Source: Ophelia neglecta | Lineage: Eukaryota | Reading direction: 5' to 3' | Length of the DNA: 64,000 bases | NCBI GenBank assembly: GCA_965285935.1 | Contig: OZ260664.1 | Coordinates: 54,932,001 to 54,996,000 of the forward strand | Shown: one piece after another, positions 35,401 through 50,000 of the stretch | Position numbering within the stretch: position 1 is the first letter of the stretch | How the letters are laid out: each line of letters begins with the position of its first letter | Position numbers and translations under genes: made by a program | The notes under the pieces: generated by a model | Seen by the model: only the letters and a program-made list of their open reading frames with translations | Told to the model about the DNA's origin: nothing | The model's database searches: none

Positions 35401-38400
35401 TTGGCGACAGAGCCGGTCACAGGCGCTGGTTACAGTCATCCAAGGCACATTAATGGCTTCAAATTGGCTTATCTGTTTAGAAAGAAGCGCCCATGATAGT
35501 TGTGGTCAAATGCAAGTCATGAAGAGGTCATCATCTGGCGGGATGTCCGTGGAGAAAATCGGCAGCCCTGTCAATCTAAAGGGCTTGATAAGCTGGAACT
35601 CTCCAGAATATATCAAAAATTGTTCTATATACATTTCCGCCAGGCTTTCGTGCCAACCAGTCGACTTCTTATGAAAAGTTTGTTTTAATAAATTGAAAGC
35701 TGCATGATAATAGGATGACAGTACGCTATGGTGATTCGGAAAATGAGAGAGTAGGGCATCAACATAATCGGTGTTTACGTTGATTTATGTGCGCAAACCG
35801 TTCATGTATAGACTGGCAGACGTAGAATTACAAGGGGGAAGTACTCTATTTTGACGGCCCAGGCAAAATTTGGGTGGTTTTCTCAGCTATCCTTCCATGG
35901 AGGTAACAAGCGTAATGGCAAACTACACGCAAACCAAGACAGCTAAGCATTACAAAAACTACAAGGAGAAAAAAGATCACATTGTGTAGCTCTATCAATC
36001 AGACCAGGGCTACATAGTATATACGAACATGGCCTGCTGGCCTAAGACTAAAATGTTGAAATTCTGCCTTGCTCATTTTACGTGTTCGAAAGGTTTATGT
36101 TTAGGCTATGCGCATTTGAAAAGAAATAACCATAACAGATGATCTGCGGTGGAAATTTATTTTCCCAACTTGGGTGAAAAGGCGTTTGGTTCTGAATAGT
36201 CTTGGTGTAATTTGACAGATTTTCAGCCATTTTGTCTGTTGTCTCCGTTTTACAAATGGTGGCATGGTTCTGTGTGGACCACGAAGCAGCACTTGTCAAG
36301 GCCTACATGCAGCCAGAAGCTATCCTCGAAGCATCCTAAATGCGCCACAAGGGAGTATTATCTCAATGAGAACCTGCTGAAATATTAATGCCGCCAAAAC
36401 ACGTAACACAAGGGTACCGACGGCGGAATGATACTGAAAACAACAGCCAGACTACAGCAAACGTCCAACCATCCCAGGACAGCGTGTGACACCAGCCCAA
36501 GCATAATATCAGACGGCTACCAAAACAGTGAACAACTAATACCACGGCAATATCAGTCTGAATATTAAATCTACCATAAACACCGCCACCCTGTGGGAAA
36601 ATATTGATGCATCTAGAAAAAGCTTAGGACCTACAGTCCTTGAGCGGTGGTCGATCGCATGACCATGTTCAAGCTAATGTGACAGATTTCATTACAACGC
36701 GCAGCACCAAGGGAGCCGGTTGGACATTTTCTAACATTTTCCAATTTCGCCCCACATTAGCCCGTCAAGACGGGAGGGCGGAGGGCGACGGATGCCGTAT
36801 AGGCATGCACAGCAGGGATAGATCACGCCGTCCCTGGCCACCCGACCAACGGACAACATTATGAAACGCATTATAATCCACGGCCTCTCTCTGGCCAAGT
36901 CATCGTGCATAATAAATCCGACTAATCAGGCATGCCACGCAAAAAGATCATCAAACAACGTCTAGAGACCGGATCCAAATGACTCCCAGCCTGCTTGATA
37001 AATCCCCAAACAAGACTGAAATGATTTCACAAAGATAACACGACCACAGCATGCCATAGGATTATCAATTTTAATCCACTAGTTTTGGATTCCCAGAGAT
37101 GCCTAAATATGGCGGACGTATGACGTGCCTATACACAATTAACAGATATTATTTCAAAGTAGCTAGCAGTTTTTCTTAAATTACTGTATTAACTAGGGCA
37201 AAGGTTATTTTGAAATATTTACCAGATTATTCATTTCCGAATTGATGCAATTTCGCCTTTGTTTTGAAACCCTTCGAATTAATAATAATTTAGAGGATAA
37301 ATGAGGTAAAATTCCCTGCATGGATCTCATTCGTGTACGTGTACGCAATACAGGTAAACCTTCTTCATTTTCACCCGAAAACAACATATAAATAATATAA
37401 TATTCTCAGAGTAATGTATTGATAATGTATCAAATCTCATTTAGATACCTTCTAGCGATGACAGCTTAAAGAAGAAAATGATGAGATGGACCCAGTAGTT
37501 GACATGCCTTGTACTCATCAAATGAGAAGAATATAGAAAACGACTGCCTTGAACAGGTGACATATTGTATATTTATCAAACTGTTGTCGCCGCCATATGA
37601 CAGTAGAGACATCATGAGCTAAAGGCTGAGGTGATGACGGAAAACGGCGGTCTACCTTCTTAGCACCCCGGCGAGGAGCAAATAGGGGGAAACCGATCAA
37701 TTAGCGCCGCCCCGCGGCGAAATAAGAGGGAAACCTAAAACAGAGTCAACGCTTAAAAGACGCCGACACCAATGGCATATACGAAAAATAACTATAAATT
37801 GCTGTCGAAAAGTAAAGGTATTTCAGAAAATAAGTGCTAGGCATAACAAATGATCAAATACCATCGGAGTGCCTGATAATGTCAGTAATCCCGACTTGAA
37901 AACACGGGAAGGGTCTTTTCTGTTACCCTATCCCTAGAGATTGGGGTTTCGAGACGCTGTCTATATTCAACAATTGATCGCCGTTAGCGCGTAATTATGG
38001 CCGAGTTTGACAGTATAATGCGCATCCTTTTCAGCAGGTTAGCGGCGGCTCTCTGTGAAGAATTACTGGCGCGCTGACCGTAAAAAGCCGCGAGTTGGTG
38101 TTTAATAGAACAGTCACTCTCCCACCAAGCCTATGTATGTTTTCAAGGCGAAAGACGCCGTCGAGTCGCCTTACACACAGGCCTGTTTATTGAAATATTA
38201 GTGTTATCGCCCCGATCTACGATAGGTCGGGCACACTGAGATGCCGGGGCGATTCTACCTATGATAAGTCTCCTGCTACAAAAACCTCTCCTCTGCCTCG
38301 CCGTGTAAGGGGGTAACTTCACCGCCCGCCTAAACACTGCCAATATCTGTAAAACTTCATATCAAGAGTTTTATACGTTTTTCGCTTATTACATTTAACG

Positions 38401-39681
38401 CCTAAAAAAGTTTAAAACGTAAATGAACTGGCTACAAGAATAACGTTATCGAGTGTATAGGTCTGATAGGTAGGCCTACGCCCCGTGGCAGCAGCCAGTC
38501 TAAGATCCCAAAGGACAATCCATATACTAACCGACATTTTGAAGATGTTTAGCGATAAACAAAATCAAGCAAAAATAATTGTTATTTTCTAACTTTACTC
38601 CTGAGATTATACCGAGAAGACACTGTTTGAAATCTCCACGTAGCGGGTTTTATCCGCACATATACTTGATTGCTTTGTTATGTAGATTAACAGCTAGACT
38701 AATATATCTACACGTCTAAGTATAATTATAGGTCTTATATAGACACATAATAGGAATATAAAATCATATTTAAGTCCCCATTCACTCCTTTCATAAATGC
38801 AGCTACCCCTGATTCTCAACCCCTCGACAAACTACGCTTAAAAACTGAACATAAAGGTCACCCAGGGGATCATTTATTAAACCAGGTTTCAATGCTCTCT
38901 TCTCGATAACAATAAGGCAATGAAACATGATCTAGACAAATAAACATTCTGGCGGTTTGTCATATACATAAAATATTATTTTGTGCGATTAGAGAACATA
39001 AATTAGGTGCACACTTATTAACGACCCACAGGGCCCGTGGCATGTGAAATCTTTATCAAAAATCTACGCCGATAGGTAAAATTGACGGTTTATATTACCT
39101 ATAGGCTTTGTAAGCAGTAAAAAGAGTGCCCGATTTCTGATAACTGGAATTAGAAAAGCCATTATTTATCTAACAACTGGTGCAGAAACACACAGCAAGT
39201 AAGACGAATCAGTTTCCAGCACTGTGGGTAGATGTCGAGACTATATAGGCATACCTGTGGTGTCTCAATTTGAAGAGGGATAGTTTGAAAATAACTACAA
39301 TGTAAGACGATCCTGAAAATTATTAAAATGCACCTTTCATAGTATTATAATTATAAAATTATAATATTTAATATTTAATAAAGTAGATATATAAATAATA
39401 ACTGGAATGAAAAGAGTAATGAACAAGAAAACGTTGGACATCATTAACCAATTTAGAAACCCTCAATGACCCAGCTTAGGAATGAAGCCCTAACCCACAG
39501 CAAAGATACACAACACTACAGGGACCAGCAGAGCGACGGCATTTTTCAGACAATAATGGATGTAAATTACAATATAACGTAGCTAGTCCTATGTACTCTC
39601 TTACAAGAGCCATAACAATTGTCATACGAGCAACTGCATTTATATCGTTCTGGTTTTCTTGCTTTTCTTGCCCATTTTCTT

Positions 39682-39807
39682 GCTGATCATTCCATAGAAA
39701 AAGCTGATGATTCCATAGAAAAGGCTGATCATTCCAGAATGAAAAGGCTGATCATTCCATAGAAAAGGCTGATTCCAAAGACTGAGCATTCCAAAATTCC
39801 AGAAAAG
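39682..39807. repeat. Minisatellite of about 21 bp (GCTGATCATTCCATAGAAAAG), about 5 decaying copies
   Basis: Tandem copies are directly visible. Confidence 0.85.
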
Positions 39808-42800
39808 AAAGTTAATATATAAAAACTTTGTACCTTTCTCACATATGTATAGGTGTACATATATAACTAATAATATATAGATAGGCCTGCATAATCAAAT
39901 AGTTCACTGTGAGTTAGTATAGTATAGTGTAGTTGGGGGTGCGAAGGAGGTTGGGTGAGGGATAGGAGTTATATTTTAAAATACAAAATGACTCGACGAG
40001 ACCTCAATGTAATAAAAGTGGTTAAAAGAAAAGGACTGGATCGAATTTCTTCCGTGGACTATAGGACATATAGCTTTCTGGCAGAAATAAATATTACATG
40101 AACGCTTTGTTTATTCTTAATAAGTATGTTTAAACTCAATGTAAACCGTCTTTATTTCTGTGACTGGTGAGGTATGGTGCAAACAATAATTGAGGCAAGT
40201 CTGATGTTTAGAAAACCGAGCTTGTGGACGTTATATACGTGCACATGTTCCACTAAGTCCTAGCAGTAGTTACCTCGGTGAACCGAGCTCCGAGAACAGG
40301 GTGATAAATCCCGGACATCAGACCTGATTTATGTAGGCCCGTTTGCCAGCCGATTGGAGAATGGTAGAATGGCGTGAGAGAGAAAAGACGCCAGATTTCA
40401 ACAGACCTCACACATGAGGATATGGCCAGCCCACAATTAATACCGAATCTTCAAAGTCTTAAAATCAAACATGCGTGTATCATCGGGCTGAAGTATCTTT
40501 CCCTTAAAACTTATGTGCATGAAACTAAACAAATCCATGAAAATAAACAGAAATAATTAACGGTCTAAAGCTGTTTAAATAGTCCTGGGACTATAAGTAT
40601 TGAATTTGAATTTAATACATAATAAGACCGACGTATATGTCCCCGCACGTTGCCTGCCTGTCACCAGTTTAACGAATATGAGCATACTCAAAGGATAATT
40701 AAGTACCGCCTTTTGTTGGTACGGTGTATTAAATCAAGACTAAGAAGCAAGACAACTGGCCCAAGACATGCATAACATGCTTGGGTGGCCCTCCCCCTTA
40801 ATGTTTACTGATAGCATATAAGCAGCATATGGGCATACAGGGCACATCAAAAGCAAATTGGGGCGAGGGGGTCTCTAATACTATTGATTTTAACACTATA
40901 TATCACCCATACCAACTCAAACTCGATCACGAGTCGGCTTCATTGCCGGGCTTGATGAGCAGCAGACATCGAAGGAGAAGCAGGCGGCCATTTTGTGCCG
41001 GCAGAAGGAGACCGAAATTTCTTCCCTCGGGCAATCGGGAATTATTTCCACTCCTCCTGCCTAATCGGCGACATAATAAGAGGCCTACGGGCCTTATTAC
41101 ACCCATAAACCCGCTGGTATTCACGACCCCTAGAATCAAGCCGTATTATGTTTCAATTTGTCCCATCTAAGCCGCATGTGGAGACGAAAAATACCGGCCA
41201 TATGGAAATATGCATTCAGTCTGACCTCTGAAAAGCGCCACAATTCAATTTATGCATTAAAAGCACTCGGAATAAATGCCATTTCAGCTTTAAGTACCCC
41301 ACACCCGCCACCGTGAAGTGTGTAAAATGCGGTAACAACGGACAAGAGTAAAGCAAAGTGTTAATTAAAATAATTAATGGCATGTTCGATTTAGCATAAT
41401 GAACGCAGTGTCTGGTGATGAAGGTGATTCGTCATCTTTAAACCGAGCAAATAGCCACGTGATTGCAAACCAACGGCGCTGTTCGTCACTTAGAACACGG
41501 TTACACCAAGACATGTATTCCTAATTGTTGAAAAATCATGTTTGATGTTTAAACCACCCGTAAGGTGTTCTGTCGTCAATGTGCCTCTTTTGTAACAGTT
41601 TGAAATGTTTGTGTTTCTGTGCAAAAAACTGTAAGCTAACAAGGAAGAAATGGAAGGACGTATCAGTCAAGCGCTATTTTCTCAAACGTTGCACATGGAG
41701 TGGTTAATTCGCCGGTTTTCACTTAATATATTTACAATAGTGCGGGATTTAAGAAATTAACCTAAGTGAAAGCAATCATATGCCAAACTGAGAAATATCA
41801 AAGGGCTATTTTGTGAGAATGTGTCAACAAAAGTCTGGATGAGGCGTATTTTGTCGATGACAGCTGTTGATGAAACGTAGAGGAACAATCTGTCCCCGAA
41901 CTTGATAGGGGAACAGACGGCCGAGTCACCCCCGACTGTCATGGAATACCAAAGACGCTCCTAATTATGTGTTTAGGTGGGTTTTCAAAACCTACACCGA
42001 GCATTTTTCAACCAGGATGACGTGTAATTTACTCTTCATCATATTCTTTGATAAGGCCCTGATAAAAGGCCTCCTCTGTATTAGTTACCTTCGCCGATTT
42101 GCTATGCGGCCGAAGGGTGTCATTTGGTAAAGGTGTGAAGAGATAATAACAGGTTTTTAGTTTGATACAGATACAATTACCCCTGCAGATCCCATGCAGA
42201 GAAAACTGAATTAAAAATGTCGTCTGCCGACGCTAAGATGGCGGGAAGTGTCTCTATATCGGGAACCAATCGATATATTCAGTTTTCTAGAAGGTGGTCA
42301 TTCTGCCAAGAAAGCATCTGCGTATTCCGACAGGTCCACACCCCATGTCATGCAAAGGGTAGATCTGTTCTCGCGCTGCCACCCACAGCACCGAATTGAC
42401 GAGATATATTACAACAGTTTGACAGATTCGTGCTAGGGAAAGCTGTTAGAATCTGCCTGCATTATGCAATGGACGTTTTCGAGTAGCCCTGATCTGTAAT
42501 TTAGTGAGTGATATCACTATAGGCAGGGTAATGACGAGACTTGTATACATCTATCACTAGGATGGAGACAGGACGCCATGAGTAACTGGCTGAGGCCCAT
42601 AACCCAGTGATTACTGATCTCACACACGCGCAGCACATCTGCCACAATACAAAAGGTACCAATTGACAAAAATTAGAAAAATCAAGGGATCATAAGGCCT
42701 ATATGCTAGGCTTTTATACATTAATCGTCATTTATATTTAAAAAATCTTATTTTTTCAATTAATGTTAAAAATTGCATAAGGTCAAAAACAAAACCCGTA

Positions 42801-43729
42801 TGGTCTGTTTTGCTTTGGAAACAAAAGGCAGCCAGATGGTCCATTCTTCCTAGGAAAAATAACACCCACTCTCATCAACTTGTTTATTGCCGTCAGATTT
42901 CCACCATCTACGCCCTTACGAAAACCAAATATGGACTTCTAAGACAAGCTACATTATGCTCTTCCCAGCACTGTTATTATATCTTGCCCTTATAAATACC
43001 TTTAAAATAATTTTAATCTTAATTCTACATATGCATCATATTCATGAGTTGGATTTTATTAACATCTGTGCATGAACTGTATGCATTAATTCACTAGTAT
43101 TTGGTTAGTTCACTAGTATTTGTATGAAGTATATGCTAATGTATGTAATTTGTTGTTATTAATTGCCAATAGTTTATTTATTTCAAATTCAGGGGATTTA
43201 ATTGTACGAACACGGCTTGCGGTGTTTTGACTACAGCAGGCCGACAGTAAGAATGTTGATGTAGTGTGGTTGTGTCAGGGAGAACCGTTTGGTGACAGTG
43301 GTTGACGCCAGGGTTCAGCAGACACCGAGGGCGGAGTGAACATCTCGGTGATGACCCGGACCACCGGCCTCGAAGACAACCCTCGAAGGCCCACACGTCA
43401 CAAGTCGGGTGGTTTGCAGCAAAATCGACTAAATACCAAACCGCCACTCCAGTCAGAATTTATGGTCATCGGTCATCTCAAATTCTGATACGCACGGGCA
43501 AGACAAGTTAGTAAACAACTGAATCAATTTTTAAAAAGCAATTTCATACACGCAATCCGTTCACCTTATAAACAAAAGAACCCAACAACAACGATGATCA
43601 CAAAAGTCGGGCACAAGCAGGATGTGAAGGCGCTGTACATACAAGTATATAAATGTGCTATTACAGGGCGGAGGGGGTGGGGTGGACAAATCAAAATGGT
43701 TGGGGGCGGGAGGGGGGGGGTAGAGGTAT

Positions 43730-44010
43730 CCCCTGGGGGTGGGGGCAGTCACCATACATTAGGTAGTACATATGTTGGGAATAATACGTGATGTAGAAAT
43801 TTGACCCCCATTTGGGAAAAATGAAGTCTTTTGACCCCTATATTTAGTCTCAATGTAGACTTTTGACGCAATCATTAGTTATACTGTACAGTTCTGACCC
43901 CTTAAATTTGAGTCTCAATGCAGATTTTGCCCCTTTATTTTTGATTTGATGCGGAACATATATGTCTCCATTTTCAATTTTAAGGAAAGTGCCCCCCCCC
44001 CCCCTCGGGG
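43730..44010. mobile_element. Non-autonomous TIR element of about 280 bp with G/C-run terminal inverted repeats
   Basis: Left CCCCTGGGGGTGGGGGCAGT versus reverse complement of right end CCCCGAGGGGGGGGGGGGGCACT. Internal sub-repeats TGACCCC x3 and AGTCTCAATGYAGA x2. Confidence 0.55.
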
Positions 44011-47000
44011 GTGGCCCTAATTGAAGAATACTTTTGTGATGGAGAAGATGTTGGACGCCAAAGGAGATGGTGGGAGACATATGAACGGTTCAGTAACAGT
44101 TCTGCTGTTCGAACGTCCCGAACAGTCCCGCTGTAAGTGCTTCGATAGCATCGAAAACTGAGAAGGCCATGCAATGGCGACGCGGGGGGATCATTCTTTT
44201 TCTAGGGACCATGTAGTAGCCTAATGGTAGAGGTCTATACCATCTGCGCTTGTGGTAACAAAAGTGACTATATATGCTTTGCGAAAATAACACTTTAATG
44301 AAAGTGCCCACGTCATACTGCTAAAAATGACCACGAACCTGCCATCAATACTTGCAAAAAATGGCAACTTGATTTACCAAATAACCGGAAACGACGACAT
44401 GAGCTTGATAGCGACCATTCTGTAAGAATGAGCCAAGCTTGGACGAGGTAACATAGGCGGCTTGTAACAGTATCCTGAGCCAGGAAATGGCCCTCTTGAC
44501 AAGACAATTTACCAACCGAGCTTGTCACCAGGAAATTAAAAGGAGTTCATATCCGAAAACCCATCCTGATAAATGGTGTAACATTTTCCAATCTGTCAAT
44601 CTGATTGGATATCAGATTGCCGCGAACCTGTTGTGTGCACTGCACCTGCGCAGTGGGGGTCTGACACGGGTCAGGCTGGAAAAACCAAACGACACTGTGA
44701 GGTGGCCGCCCAACAGCGAAATGCCAACCAGCCGATAACCAATTCAATTACTTTATAATTGCTTCCATGAAAATCGAATTTCCTCGCCTCTCTCCTCGTT
44801 AGTCGCTAAATTAATATGTTATTGCCATATAGGTACAGGGGAACAATAGAAATCTTAGATTACATCAAATCAAATAAACACATTTACAAGAAAAAAAATC
44901 AACTATTATAGTACATAATACTGGTTGCTTTTTGTTCATGTAGCCTTGTTACCCTAGCTTTTTCCCATCATTTATATACCATGCAGCATAACATGCTCCT
45001 GGTAATAACAACATTACATGAAAGGCTCCACTCCACAAGCCCTCCGTTTCACAGATATTAGGGGCTGACAATGCAACATAATCAATAGGAAACGCGACAT
45101 AAAGCCGATGGTAAGCACCCTAATTAAAGGCAATTATGTTGTATAAGATTCTGTCTATCGGGTTGATGCGCCAAGACAGGTGGAAATAATCTCTCTCGAG
45201 TGAAGTGGTTGATCTCCAAGATAACTACATAGGTAGGCATCTAAACAGAAAAGATTACTGACCAAAAGATCAAAGGACCAGCAGGGAAAGAGCAGAAATT
45301 CCCAAATGAATGTCCATCGAAAAGAAAGAAACTGAAAACTCCTGAAGTTTTCCTGACATGCGGACCACCACAGGTGGAGATATGATGTTTTTTTCTTAGT
45401 TCAGAACAGAAGTAAAATTCTGCTACAATGTTTGAAGGAAATGGGAGCAAGTGTTGTTATAATTGTCGTATGTGTTTACAACACTTTTATAAACAATAAG
45501 TAATGACTGGAGACATATCACTTCTTAAAAGTATAGTTCCCATTTTTTAAAAGCTATGATATGCGGCTAACCGAGCAGCCTCTGTTTTCTTTTTAACTAT
45601 TTTTGGTCTGTTTTTTCCCGAATGCTGTCATGTTTTGCTGAGGCTTACACCCCCCATCCTCAAGGCTTACAGCCGGAACAAAAGGACTACAATTACAGGA
45701 ACGTGTGTCCACTCTAGTCAAACACCAGTCCACTGGCATCACAGCTGGCTCCCAGCCTCCATACCAACTAGAAGGGCAATAAAATATAGCTTTACCACCG
45801 GCTCTCAGTTTCGCCAGAAGAAACTGCCATTCTTCAAACTAATCTATGCTGAGAGCTAAATGTCATCTTCAGGTGAAATCGGTAGTAAAGCAAAGGCGAT
45901 CCGCGCCATCTTTTTGGCAGCAGCTTTTTAGGCCATCACCAAGAGGAAAATCGGTAATAAATACTAATCTCTGTCGAGAGGGTCGGACATATCAGTGTAC
46001 AACTGTTCTGTTGTAAGAGACAACAACTCACTGTTGTGTGGCTGTGCGGACATTGTCCTGCAGCGTTGGATGACAAAGGAAGCGTCGATGAAATACGGCC
46101 CGGGGGCCGGTGACTGACGGCCCTGGGAATGAGGGAGCGAGGGGGAACCAAATAACTCTCCATAACGTCATTCACAATGGCAAACGAGAATTACGGCCCG
46201 CCAAAATACCTCCCCCGGGGTCCACACCAAATCCAATAACCCGCAACCTTGGCAGAATAACGATCGGTTGCCAGGGTAACGGCGGATGTAGCGGCGAGTA
46301 AGTGATGGGGTAGCTGAGCGGTTGTGACGGACAGAGAAGGTGAAAGCAGGCCTCGGCAACCTCGACCGACCCGGTCCCTCGGGGTAAACCGCGCTTATCT
46401 GGCCGGCGGACTCGTCCGAGTGAAATACGCACCCATACATCCTCTTTGGTTCTGTGCTTTCAAATTCTACAAAATAATATAGGGACTTGCTCATATGTTG
46501 AAGCATTGCGGAACACATCTTCCAGACTTATATTATTCCATGTCTATACAATTTAAGCATGTACACGTGTGTACAATTCCCGTTCTGTGGGCTCATCATA
46601 TACAGCCAGATTCATATAAGCGTTCTTAGTTAAAATGGATGCTTCAGAACGTCGACCATGCCTATATACATTCATTATAGGCAATGCAGCAGAACGTGTT
46701 TCAACTGTTACAGGAAGCACATCATCGAGAACGCCATTTGTTTCCAGACAGACTGAGCCATTACCTATCAAACATTGTTCTGTCTGTTTAATGGGATGGT
46801 CCAGAAGATGGAGCTTAAAATGGTTACAAAGAAAAATTGGTGGCCATCGAATTTGTCTAATGAATTGCACATTTCCCGGCAAAATTATCTAGCCCACGAT
46901 AAAAGCAGATAAATGTGATTAATTATGGCCATTGGGGGCAGCACTACAACGACAAGTCAATAATGGAAGAGCCAGGTCCCTCTAGTTCAATTAACATCCA

Positions 47001-50000
47001 TTTGAAGAGATATTTCACTTCAGTAGTCCATTATGCCGGCGTTTATTGACGACCACATAATTACAAGACAAGGGTCTAATGAAAAGCTCTCCTCCGGTTG
47101 TCTAGCTGGCCTCACAGGCCATATGGACCTATTTCTTTCTCCATACATTCTGTTAATCAAGAAAGAATGGCAAGCTACTTGGCCTATAAGGCAAAGTTAG
47201 GTAATTTCGCGCATAGTTTAAATTTGCGCATCATATATTCGATGGCATTAATTCCTGTATATTATTTAATTCCGCACAGTTTTTAACTTATAGGCGGACA
47301 CTACTACAGGTCAAAACATCGTGCGCGGATTAAGTCTGGCCGGAAAAAAACCGACGCCCAAACTCACCCGACGTCCATACACTTGACGAGAACATGTCGC
47401 CGGACGCCTAAGGGTCTATATGCGGACATTAAAAATGCAATACCAAGAATCGATTCCATCCAATCCTATAAAACCAGGTTTATTCAAGCTGTAAAGTATC
47501 TAATTAATTATGTATGGCACTAGAACTTGCTCGTTAAGTTTTCAACATCCAAGAGTGTTTAATTTATAGGCGAAGCATGTGCACGTAGTTGCAGAAAATG
47601 CCGTATGAATTAATTATATCATTTGAAAGAAAAAGGGGCCTATAGGTCCCAGGCCGAAGTATTGGCTTGTCATCGTTATATAATTTTGAAATAATAGTGG
47701 TAGGCCTATAAACGAGTTGATTTGATGCTATGTTTGTGTTTGTTAGTGTGTGTTAATAAGCCCATCTGTCGAAACAATTTTATTATAGGCCATTATACAA
47801 AGATATATCGGATAAAGAGAGAGTGTGTGTCTAAACAAATCTGAATGGACTTTGCAACACCATTAATATAAACACGTGCATTTTATGCCCAGGTCAGATT
47901 TCAAAGGCCATTGCATTGGTATAGGCTTGAAAAGGCCTACAATACGCTTAAACTGTTGAACGTTTTCCAAAATATGGACCAGTTTTAGGCATATATGGAG
48001 ACCAAATACCCCTGAAGAAGGCTGTACAAGGAGACGCTATAGGGAATAGGCATATACTGGCCTAAAGTATGCGCGTTTTAAACAGGTGCATATGCCCACA
48101 TATAAATACACCTTGGAGAGAGCTTAGCCAAGAGGACTTACGTAGGACATATATAAGAACAGTGTATAGATGTGTTTCAATAAACTTTTTACGGCGTATC
48201 GGGGCTCTGTTTTGCCCCCCGGACCATTGTAGTTTTCCATCTTTGTTATTGTAGTATTGTAGACATAACCATTTGCTTTATCTCAAAATTGTACATGTGG
48301 GAGATTACGGGCTTCTGCGTTTTTAAAAACTGCTAGGCCTATAATGATTCATTGTATAAATTAAATGAGGTTTTAGACGCACCTGTTTTACAACATTCCG
48401 GCTTAAATTATAACATCATGCACATATGCCGTGGGTACCGAATTCATTAAATCACAATATGTTGGACTTCTTTGAAACAATTTGTATTAAATCAAACATC
48501 ACTTTTTAGGTGTCACTATCATCATAGATATGTATAATGTATTCTCTATATCTATGCTATCATGCTACCATAATGGGCGCCTTCTTCGAGGATACAAGTT
48601 GTCTTATAAGTAGCCTAGTTATATTTCAGTAAAGGTGAATGAATTTTGCATTCTAAAATTAGTATTTTAATTCTGAGCCCCTCGGCAAAACAGGGGAAAT
48701 GAATGCGCTATACTCAGACTAAACCCCCCTGCACTCGTCAGTTTAACTTAGATTTGACACGAAGGGACTCCTTTAAAAAAGGCAAGGAAAGAAAAAAGAA
48801 ACTTTAAGAATGCGAAATAAATCTATATGATTAATTGGCGAAGGAAAGAATACCGACAGGTCTCATGTTACAATGACATTTTAAAACGTGAATAGCCCTC
48901 GAGATAAACAGGGATAGATAAACATACTTCCTCTTATTTCACTGTTTTGCCTAGTAAGCAGTGGGGTTTATTTCCCCAAATCATAAGAGGTTTGACGCCA
49001 GGCTAGTTATATGTAATATCTTCAGCGATGAGCACGTGGAAGAGGGTCATAAACGTCAGCCCCTTGGGCATTCCCAAGACAAGATGGCGATCACCCATGC
49101 TGTGGCAATTTCACCAACGCCTGCGGCCAATAGCAAGGTGTCGTCTGCTGGCCAAATCGACACGAATCACCAGATAACGAGGGAAAGCCAGCGGAAACAG
49201 CCCAGAATAAGGCCAAAAAGCAGATAAAACAGAGGCGAAACATCACCAGAATTTCATTAAAAATCAGGAACATGGTAAGAATTTAAACTGAGTACAGTAG
49301 AATGTCTTCTATGGCTGGTTAATACGGCGCGGATGTGCCCCCCCCCCTCCCTCCCCAGCCCCCCAATATCTCACAATCATGTCACGTCAAACTGCATTTC
49401 TCGTAATCGTTTTCCGGCATTTCGAGATATCTTGGAGCATGTGGTTTCCATTGAATAAATGTTCATTTAGGAATTAAAAATAAAACCAAGCAGGTTTGTG
49501 AAGACTTGGGTTCTTAGATGACGGTTTAAGTGCTGCTGGCGCGAGGTTGCTATCAGATGCCGTTAAGAAGAAGACACCGGAGTAGCCATCAGAGATATAA
49601 ATACGTCTGAGTTGTTAGGGAGAGATCATCGAAGTCGACACGTGGCCAGCGCCGGGGTAGGGGTCCCTGGCGACTACGAGATACAATGTTTCTCTGGTTG
49701 AAGGCATACACCATGATTGCGGTCTCCCGCCCCACAGATGGACATTAAAGCAAAACGGTGGCGATTGCTCACCAGTGCTTTTCATTAGCCGGTCAAACAG
49801 TCATATCGAACTACGTCTGACCTGCGTCTTGAAACAGTGCGGTTTTGTGGTCAAGTGGTGCGAACCAGGGTCATCTTTTGCAGTAACTCGGCCTCGTCTG
49901 CATCTAAGGCACTGCATTGGCGCCACCGCGGGTTGACAAGGCCGACAGGCCATGATTTATCTTTGTCCGCAACAGAAGGGGCCTTTATTGGTGGAGCAGA

